Below are positions 58,037-64,000 of a stretch of 64,000 nt of DNA, piece after piece. Below the pieces are notes generated by a model. The model saw nothing but the letters and a program-made list of their open reading frames with translations. It had not been told where the DNA came from and did not search any database. Position numbers and translations under genes: made by a program. Each line of letters begins with the position of its first letter. Position 1 is the first letter of the stretch. The DNA is taken from contig CAKOKN010000004.1 in NCBI GenBank assembly GCA_934091055.1, positions 2,293 through 66,292 of the forward strand, read 5' to 3'. The DNA is from an uncultured Bacilli bacterium. GTDB taxonomy: Bacteria > Bacillota_I > Bacilli_A > RF39 > UBA660.

Positions 58037-60988
58037 TTACTCTCCTTCATATGATTTAATTTCTTTTAAATAACCAATATACACCACTTGTCCATCACTA
58101 CTATTGTCCTTGCAGGTAATTAAAATTATACTTTTTTTGTTTTCATCTCGATATATATCAGCATATCCATTCTTCTTAATTTCATAACTATCACTATATA
58201 TATAAGTATATATTTTACCATCATAATAATAATTTATACTATCTCCTAATTCTAGCTTATTTAATTTGCCAAAATAAGAATTATAATTATTACCATTATG
58301 TGAAGCTAATATTACACTATCACTATTAATACTTAATAACTCTATATTGTAATTAGCACTATTATATTTATTATCAATATCAAGTACTCCTCTTTTTAAA
58401 CCTATCGAAGGTATTTCTAGTAAATACTTATAACGATATTTTAAAGCCACCTTATCATTTATCTTTTCATCAATGAAAAGTTCTATATTTTTATTATTCT
58501 GATAATTATCATTAAGATATCTAAATGTTTGAAAAGAAATATACCCCAAACAAAATATAATAAGTAAAATAGTTATAATTTTTATTCTTTTATTACTTAC
58601 AAAAAAGATAAGTAAGATAATACTAAACGTCATTAAAATAATAAAAATAATATTTGTAATATTAATTATTCCTGTATTAGGAACTGCTATTCTCTCATTA
58701 TATACATCTATATTTAATTCCTCTTTATCAATGGTAAAATATATTTTATCCTTAAGTAGTCTATACCCACTAGTAGCTTCAACTTCACTTATATAGTATT
58801 CTCCATATAACAAATCATCTAAAACTATTTGACCATTCTTATCAGTATAACCTTTATAGACAAGCTTATCATCTAAAGTATAAATTTCAAACAAAGTATT
58901 AGAAAGTAAAACTCTACTATTGGTTTCGTATTTATTTATTACTAGTTTTCCTTTAGGTAAATAATTTTCAATATCAACTTCATAAACAACATTTGCTGTG
59001 TATTGATCTTTATATTCAAGATTAATATCATATTCTTTATCATTAACTATATTATTATTACTAGACTTAACTTCAATCATATAATAAGCACCAAGAGGTA
59101 AATTATTTAAACTACCAAAGCCATCTTTATTAGTAATTATTTTTCCTACTAAGTCATCTTTATTATATACAAGTACATCATTATCATAAATATCCTCTTT
59201 AGCATACACTTCAAAATAGACATCTTCTAATTTTACTTTATCATAATAATAAGAATTATCTTTATATATAATATTCTCCCCATACTTATTTACTTTAATA
59301 CTACCCTTAACAGCCTTGTTATAGAAAGGAATTTCAATAACTATTCCATAATCATCATCATTTATCAAATTAGAATTTTTATCAATTGAAAACTTAATAC
59401 CATCTTTGTTATAAAGATATCCATTCATATAATCATCTATTTCATATAAAATATAATTGCCTGCACTAAGAACTTCTGGCGTAACAAAATAACCATCATT
59501 ATTTATCTCAAACTCATCTATTACTTTATATTCTGGATAAGTACTCTTAAAGGAAACATATCTATTATTGTTAACATCAAATATCTTAAACCTAAACTTC
59601 TTATTTTTAATAACAGTTCCTATAGCAGCATCTTTTTTAACAACTCTAAGTTTTGCTTTAACAGTACCATTAGATATAACCTTATAAATAGGTCTTTCAT
59701 CATCAAAAAGTATGTCAATAAAAGTATCTTCAATCATATAATGATTATCGCTTCCTTTTACTTGATGAAGCCTATACCTTCCATATGGAAGAACAATACT
59801 AGCATAACCATCATTATCAGTTATTATAGTATCTACTAAAATGTTATTCTTATCATATATTTCAAAAACTGCCAAAGCCTCTCCAGTTAATATACCTGTA
59901 CTATCACTACCAAATACTTTAAAGATATCTACTCTTCTTTTAATAACATCTTCATAAACTGTTAAATCAATATTCAAATTATCCTTAGTAATATCTAAGT
60001 TATAAACATTAAGATCAAGTAAATAACCTTGACTAGCTTTTACTTCTTTTAAATAATACTTACCAACAGCAAGGCCAGTAACTTTCTCTTTCTTACCTAT
60101 TATTAATGTATCAATAAGATTATTATCACTATCATATAATTCATATTTTGCCCCACTTAAAGTTGCATCACCAGAAGGTACATTACTATTATTATCTCGA
60201 TCAAACTTACTTATTTTTAATGAACCACTAACTATATCAACAGAAATCCTACTAGATACAGTATCAGCACCACCAACAGATAACATCTTTTGTGACACTC
60301 CAGAAGTATATAATAAAAACTCTTTGTTCAAACTACTTTTCTTATTTAAAACTATCTCTTTTTTATCAAAGTCTTTTTTAATTATTAGTTTATTATTATC
60401 TATTACAACATTATCACTAGAAGTAGTATATCTAGATAGAACACCGTTACGATCCTCAATAACTAATTCTTCGCCTTTTATTAAAGTAATCTTATCCCCA
60501 TCAAATGAAGGTTTTAAATAATGACTATCTATTAAAGACAATATGTCTTCTTTCTCTTTTGATACATCAACAACTATATTAGGATTTAATTCTTTTACCC
60601 ATTTAGTTTTAGCAGAAGACAATCTATTCCAAATAAGTTCTTGTGCGGCCATATAATAATTATTTGTTTTATGGCCTGGATAATCATAACCATAATAGCC
60701 TATTAATTTAATATATTCTAGATTATCTTTTGATATAGCAAACTTGTCAAAAGAAGATGTAACTTCATATATGTTGCTTTCTATACTCTTACCTAATTCC
60801 AAACAATAACCAATATTATTACCAAATACATATTTGCTAGCATTAATATATCTTTCTCTTTCAAGAACAGTATCATAGTAATAAACATAAGTATCATCTA
60901 TTCTATCTTTAACCAAAGTAACAGTCTTTGCAGCAACATTCATAGACATAAATAGAAAAAAAACAATAAAAAAGATAACTTTTTTCAA
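58037..60988 (-). CDS. Surface adhesin (signal peptide, thioester domain, SpaA/CnaB-type repeats, VPNTG sorting signal) fused in frame to a sortase-like domain
   Basis: TTG start 7 nt after GAAGGAGG. Thioester-domain motifs are YCLE (Cys62) and AAQELIW (Gln116). There are at least four prealbumin-fold repeats. VPNTG is at nt 58670-58684, followed by a hydrophobic stretch and SNKRIK. A second TM follows, then LEIPSIGLKRGV, ILASHNG and IILITC sortase motifs (nt 58037-58579). Confidence 0.75.
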   Translation of the reverse strand: MKKVIFFIVFFLFMSMNVAAKTVTLVKDRIDDTYVYYYDTVLERERYINASKYVFGNNIGYCLELGKSIESNIYEVTSSFDKFAISKDNLEYIKLIGYYGYDYPGHKTNNYYMAAQELIWNRLSSAKTKWVKELNPNIVVDVSKEKEDILSLIDSHYLKPSFDGDKITLIKGEELVIEDRNGVLSRYTTSSDNVVIDNNKLIIKKDFDKKEIVLNKKSSLNKEFLLYTSGVSQKMLSVGGADTVSSRISVDIVSGSLKISKFDRDNNSNVPSGDATLSGAKYELYDSDNNLIDTLIIGKKEKVTGLAVGKYYLKEVKASQGYLLDLNVYNLDITKDNLNIDLTVYEDVIKRRVDIFKVFGSDSTGILTGEALAVFEIYDKNNILVDTIITDNDGYASIVLPYGRYRLHQVKGSDNHYMIEDTFIDILFDDERPIYKVISNGTVKAKLRVVKKDAAIGTVIKNKKFRFKIFDVNNNRYVSFKSTYPEYKVIDEFEINNDGYFVTPEVLSAGNYILYEIDDYMNGYLYNKDGIKFSIDKNSNLINDDDYGIVIEIPFYNKAVKGSIKVNKYGENIIYKDNSYYYDKVKLEDVYFEVYAKEDIYDNDVLVYNKDDLVGKIITNKDGFGSLNNLPLGAYYMIEVKSSNNNIVNDKEYDINLEYKDQYTANVVYEVDIENYLPKGKLVINKYETNSRVLLSNTLFEIYTLDDKLVYKGYTDKNGQIVLDDLLYGEYYISEVEATSGYRLLKDKIYFTIDKEELNIDVYNERIAVPNTGIINITNIIFIILMTFSIILLIFFVSNKRIKIITILLIIFCLGYISFQTFRYLNDNYQNNKNIELFIDEKINDKVALKYRYKYLLEIPSIGLKRGVLDIDNKYNSANYNIELLSINSDSVILASHNGNNYNSYFGKLNKLELGDSINYYYDGKIYTYIYSDSYEIKKNGYADIYRDENKKSIILITCKDNSSDGQVVYIGYLKEIKSYEGE

Positions 60989-61229
60989 ACAAAAACCTCC
61001 TTCAAAAAATTAATTTTTCTCTTTCTTGCAATTGCAGTCAAAGTATAAACTATATTAGTAGCAAAGTCAATCACTTTTTTATCATTTTTTATGTAGAAAA
61101 AACTATACTCATTAATATCAATATATAGATAATCAAATTTGAAACTATTGTTCGAGCAAACATATATACTCAATTATTTTTAAAAGAAAAACTACTAATA
61201 CTTTTATTAGTAGTCAACAAGAAAATTAA

Positions 61230-61493
61230 TCATAAAACATTATTCATTCCAGATGAACTTATTCCTGTAGATGTAACAATAGCAACCATTATTAAGATTA
61301 TAATTATTGCTAATATAAGTGAACAAAAATATGATCTAGCAAAATTTCTTCTATTAATATTATCATTATTAAATGCAAATACTAATAGAAATATAAATCC
61401 TATTAATGGTATAGTAAACAATAATTGATAGCCAAAATAAGCCCAAGGTGATAATGGTTTATAATTATATGGAATATTATTGTTATTATCCAT
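61230..61493 (-). CDS. Small membrane protein (2 TM)
   Basis: 87 aa with two hydrophobic helices separated by NNDNINRRNFARSY. Confidence 0.45.
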   Translation of the reverse strand: MDNNNNIPYNYKPLSPWAYFGYQLLFTIPLIGFIFLLVFAFNNDNINRRNFARSYFCSLILAIIIILIMVAIVTSTGISSSGMNNVL

Positions 61494-61553
61494 ACTTACC
61501 TCCTTACTCCTATAACAATATTATACCATATAAATAATTCTATATAATAAATA

Positions 61554-61940
61554 TTAATTAAATTTTTCATTATTTTTTATTTCATTGATTATCCAAGTCA
61601 TAATGACATTTACAATATAATCAACTTGTTTATCAGTTAAAATATTACCTTTTTTTATATGATGCCACTTTTCTAAACAGCCTCTACAACAAGTAGCGGT
61701 AGCGTGTTGTGCTATAAAAGTAGGATGCCCTCTCATCGGAGTTTGTTTACCATCAACAACATTAGAAACATCCCTAAGTCTCTTGTTAATAAAATCATAA
61801 GTATGTTCCATTATTTTATCTAAACCTTTTTCTTTTACATAAAATATATCTTTTTCTTTTAAATGAAAACTACTTCTAAATTTTGATTTAGATAATTTAT
61901 ATAACATATAATTTATTTCTTGTTCATTCATAACAACCAT
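61554..61940 (-). CDS. DUF4186 family protein
   Basis: DGKQTPMRGHPTFIAQHATATCCRGCLEKWHHI is the hallmark DUF4186 block. Confidence 0.8.
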   Translation of the reverse strand: MVVMNEQEINYMLYKLSKSKFRSSFHLKEKDIFYVKEKGLDKIMEHTYDFINKRLRDVSNVVDGKQTPMRGHPTFIAQHATATCCRGCLEKWHHIKKGNILTDKQVDYIVNVIMTWIINEIKNNEKFN

Positions 61941-62064
61941 ATATAATTCACCATATTCCGTTTTTTTTCTACTACTAAATAGTAAAGAAAAATTACTTAC
62001 AAATCAATTAACAAAAATATATTTTCTAGCTTAGAATTTTCTATTTTCTAGATAAATACTACTA

Positions 62065-62913
62065 CTAAAAACCTCTTTTGTTCTCAAAATTAGTAATAAT
62101 TACCTCTTCTACCTTACCTCTTTTTTTACCATTAGCATTAATATTTCTCTTAGCCTTTATAACATTTATATTATAATCTTTATAAAGTTCATTAATTAAA
62201 ATAGTATTATGATTAGAGAGCATAACATATACTCCTCTACTATCCAAATCTTTAAATACTTCAGCTAGTCTTCTTTGACTATCCTTATTAAAGCCATCTT
62301 CAGTATAACTATTAAATGTTGTAGTATCAGAATCATATGGTGGATCAAAATATACAAAATCTCCTTTTTTAGCAGTCTTAACAGCTTCTTCAAAATCAAC
62401 ACATAATATCTTGATATCATTCATTGTTAAATAATTGCTGACAGTAATTAAATTACCTCCATCATAAGTATTAACTTTAGTCTTTTTACCAAAAGGAACA
62501 TTAAATTCATTTTTGCTATTAACTCTATATAATCCATTAAAACAAGCCTTATTTAAATAAATAGTTCGAGCAGCTCTAGTATAATCAGATAATCTATTAT
62601 AAGAGGCCTTATTTCTATCCTTATTTCTCACATCATAAAAGAACTTTTCTGAATGTTCCATTTCATAATGATTAAGTACATTACACATTTTTTTGAACTT
62701 ATCTTCATCACATAAAACATTATATACATTCATAAGCTCGGCATTAGAATCATTAATAACTGCCTTTCTAGGAGATAATTCAAATAATAATGCTCCTCCA
62801 CCAATAAAAGGTTCATAATAAGTATCAAACTCGTCTGGAACATACATCATAAGTTTATCAATAATTTGTCTTTTACCACCAGCCCATTTCACAAATGGTT
62901 TTCCTTTAATCAT
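62065..62913 (-). CDS. dam: D12-class N6-adenine DNA methyltransferase (Dam family), apparently orphan
   Basis: FVKWAGGKRQI, EPFIGGGAL (SAM-binding) and catalytic FDPPY. No restriction endonuclease gene is adjacent. Confidence 0.85.
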   Translation of the reverse strand: MIKGKPFVKWAGGKRQIIDKLMMYVPDEFDTYYEPFIGGGALLFELSPRKAVINDSNAELMNVYNVLCDEDKFKKMCNVLNHYEMEHSEKFFYDVRNKDRNKASYNRLSDYTRAARTIYLNKACFNGLYRVNSKNEFNVPFGKKTKVNTYDGGNLITVSNYLTMNDIKILCVDFEEAVKTAKKGDFVYFDPPYDSDTTTFNSYTEDGFNKDSQRRLAEVFKDLDSRGVYVMLSNHNTILINELYKDYNINVIKAKRNINANGKKRGKVEEVIITNFENKRGF

Positions 62914-63005
62914 ATTAACACATCCTTAACACAACAATTATTATACCATATAAATAAACAAAAAGAAAAGAGCATTATGCTCTAATACTATTAATTTTAA
63001 ACATT

Positions 63006-63362
63006 TTATCTAAATTGACAGCAGCTACCACATTGTTCATTAGTAACTGTATTTTCTTCACAGCAAGTATATCTAGGTTGATAAGTATGCTTATAAATAT
63101 GATTATTAACTATTCTAGTATTTATAGGACATACATGAGGTACAGTATGATAAATATTTCTGTATACTACTCTTTCTCTAGGAGTTTCTACAACTGGAGA
63201 AGTAACTCCACCCATTACAGAGCCTCCCATCATTGGAGTACCAACATTATTATAATTCATATTAGTATTATCATTAACATTTTGATTAGTATTAGTATTA
63301 GTTATGTTAATATCAATATCACCATCATACATACCTTGGTTAAAACCATCACTAAAATTCAT
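63006..63362 (-). CDS. CotD-like spore coat protein
   Basis: N/T/M/G-rich N-terminus. The C-terminus VVYRNIYHTVPHVCPINTRIVNNHIYKHTYQPRYTCCEE...CGSCCQF resembles the CotD H/P/Cys-rich repeats. RBS is TAGGAGGA. A CATATTATA element (sigma-K -10-like) lies about 24 nt upstream of the ATG. Confidence 0.6.
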   Translation of the reverse strand: MNFSDGFNQGMYDGDIDINITNTNTNQNVNDNTNMNYNNVGTPMMGGSVMGGVTSPVVETPRERVVYRNIYHTVPHVCPINTRIVNNHIYKHTYQPRYTCCEENTVTNEQCGSCCQFR

Positions 63363-63440
63363 AAATTATCCTCCTATCTACATTATAATATGAAGTAATA
63401 ATATAGATAGATAGTAAAGAAGTCTAGTTTTTAGATAAAT

Positions 63441-63833
63441 TTAGTCATTAATATCATAATTCCAAAGACCAAGTCTTCCTTTTGATGGTATTCTTCTATT
63501 GTAAACCTTAATGTCTTCTAACCTTCAAGCATAAACTCTAGAATGTTTACTCTTTGCATACACCAAAGGATTTAGTTTATATAAGTCATCCTCTAATTTA
63601 TCAGTAACTAAAATACAATCAGTAAGTGTTGCCTCACCAATAATTTCACCCTTACCATAATTAAGATTATAATCTTTAAACTTTTTAGATACATCTTTTT
63701 CTAAAGTTAAACCTGCGTGAATAAGTATTCTACCACGATAATTAGTCTTCCAACTTCTAAATTCATACACTTTGTAGCCATTAATAATTAGACTAGCCCA
63801 AGGTTCTTTTACAGTTAACGCCTTCATATACAA
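63441..63833 (-). pseudogene. ASCH-domain protein gene interrupted by an in-frame TGA at a conserved Trp position
   Basis: The listed ORF 63525-63833 ends ...SKHSRVYA-TGA. The same frame continues RLEDIKVYNRRIPSKGRLGLWNYDIND to a TAA at 63441-63443, giving an ASCH protein of about 130 aa if TGA (63525-63527) is read as or restored to TGG. Confidence 0.6.
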
Positions 63834-63835
63834 TA

Positions 63836-64000
63836 CTAAAATGGCATTTTAAAATTGCCTTGCCCCATCATTTTCATCATTTTTTTCATTTCTTCAAATT
63901 GCGTAAGAAGTTTATTAACATCAGTAACAGTAGTGCCTGATCCATCTGCTATTCTCTTTTTTCTGCTTGCCTTTAATATACTAGGATCTCTTCTTTCTTC
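63836..64000 (-). CDS. ffh: Signal recognition particle protein Ffh, 3'-terminal fragment (gene continues beyond the window)
   Basis: The minus strand translates to [54 protein letters not shown], then a stop at 63836-63838. This is the typical Ffh M-domain C-terminus. It is not in the ORF track because it is truncated by the window edge. Confidence 0.85.
   Translation of the reverse strand, partial: EERRDPSILKASRKKRIADGSGTTVTDVNKLLTQFEEMKKMMKMMGQGNFKMPF

Noticed and set aside
60985-61173. ORF 60985-61173 (-), immediately upstream of and overlapping the adhesin-sortase start.
   Set aside because: It has no RBS, unremarkable composition and no motifs. The region more plausibly holds the promoter and 5' UTR of the adhesin gene, whose own TTG start has a strong GAAGGAGG.
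63363-63440. Mother-cell sigma-factor promoters for cotD-like (CATATTATA) and cotJ (CATACACA at about 50585).
   Set aside because: Only the -10-like halves match sigma-K or sigma-E consensus. I could not find correctly spaced -35 elements. They are mentioned as hints but not called as features.
63525-63527. The in-frame TGA at a Trp position might indicate genetic code 4 (TGA=Trp) for the whole genome.
   Set aside because: Long intact ORFs throughout the window use TGG for Trp. TGA ends genes at sensible positions: cvpA at 39866, the GNAT-like gene at 21556 and the 37228 gene. Under code 4 the standard-code ORF track would be heavily fragmented, and it is not. A local nonsense mutation or read-through is more likely.
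1-64000. I looked for CRISPR arrays, tRNA/rRNA/tmRNA genes, IS elements, integrases and prophage blocks.
   Set aside because: I found no regularly spaced direct repeats. There is no G+C-rich stretch of 70-90 nt or kb scale with cloverleaf or rRNA character. No transposase or recombinase motifs appear in any listed ORF. The only repeats are the intergenic hairpin family and the intragenic duplication at 8457-9281.

Overview
This is an AT-rich (by eye about 25-30% G+C) chromosomal segment from an endospore-forming Bacillota genome that looks Clostridia- or Erysipelotrichia-like. I count about 75 protein genes, and more than 90% of them lie on the minus strand, consistent with co-orientation with replication. 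The content is mostly core: fragments of the dcw cluster (SEDS protein, mraY, class B PBP), rpsB-tsf, murE, ftsY-ylxM, rny, gap, rpsT, recD2, trmK-sigA-dnaG, hemW, holA, trxA, cvpA, typA, cdaA-cdaR and the 3' end of ffh. Many sporulation genes are interspersed: gpr, spoVID-like plus a CotS/YsxE-like gene, sspI, cotJ, a cotD-like gene and a NodB deacetylase. I found no rRNA, tRNA, CRISPR array, transposase, integrase or obvious prophage. TGA is used as an ordinary stop, so the standard genetic code applies. The most unusual items are these. (1) A 983-codon ORF fuses a thioester-domain/SpaA-repeat surface adhesin, through its own VPNTG sorting signal, to a sortase-like domain. (2) A G9 homopolymer sits inside a 22-codon leader ORF directly upstream of a 21-bp intrinsic terminator that gates a secreted protein gene, which may be a phase-variable attenuator. 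(3) Three paralogous proteins carry TasA/BsaA-like (SipW-type) signal peptides, and one of them is in a very strong expression cassette. (4) Ribosomal protein S2 carries a C-terminal Rho_N/HeH-like module. (5) A stand-alone Clp-NBD1-type AAA+ gene is translationally coupled to a 45-aa membrane peptide between ylxM and murE, while ffh lies 48 kb away. (6) An ASCH gene is interrupted by TGA exactly at a conserved Trp. (7) A family of tandem intergenic hairpins has variable stems but an invariant AAG-ACCTTAGG-CTT core. CDS ends are anchored on the supplied ORF track. Coordinates of intergenic motifs were read by eye and may be off by 1-2 nt.
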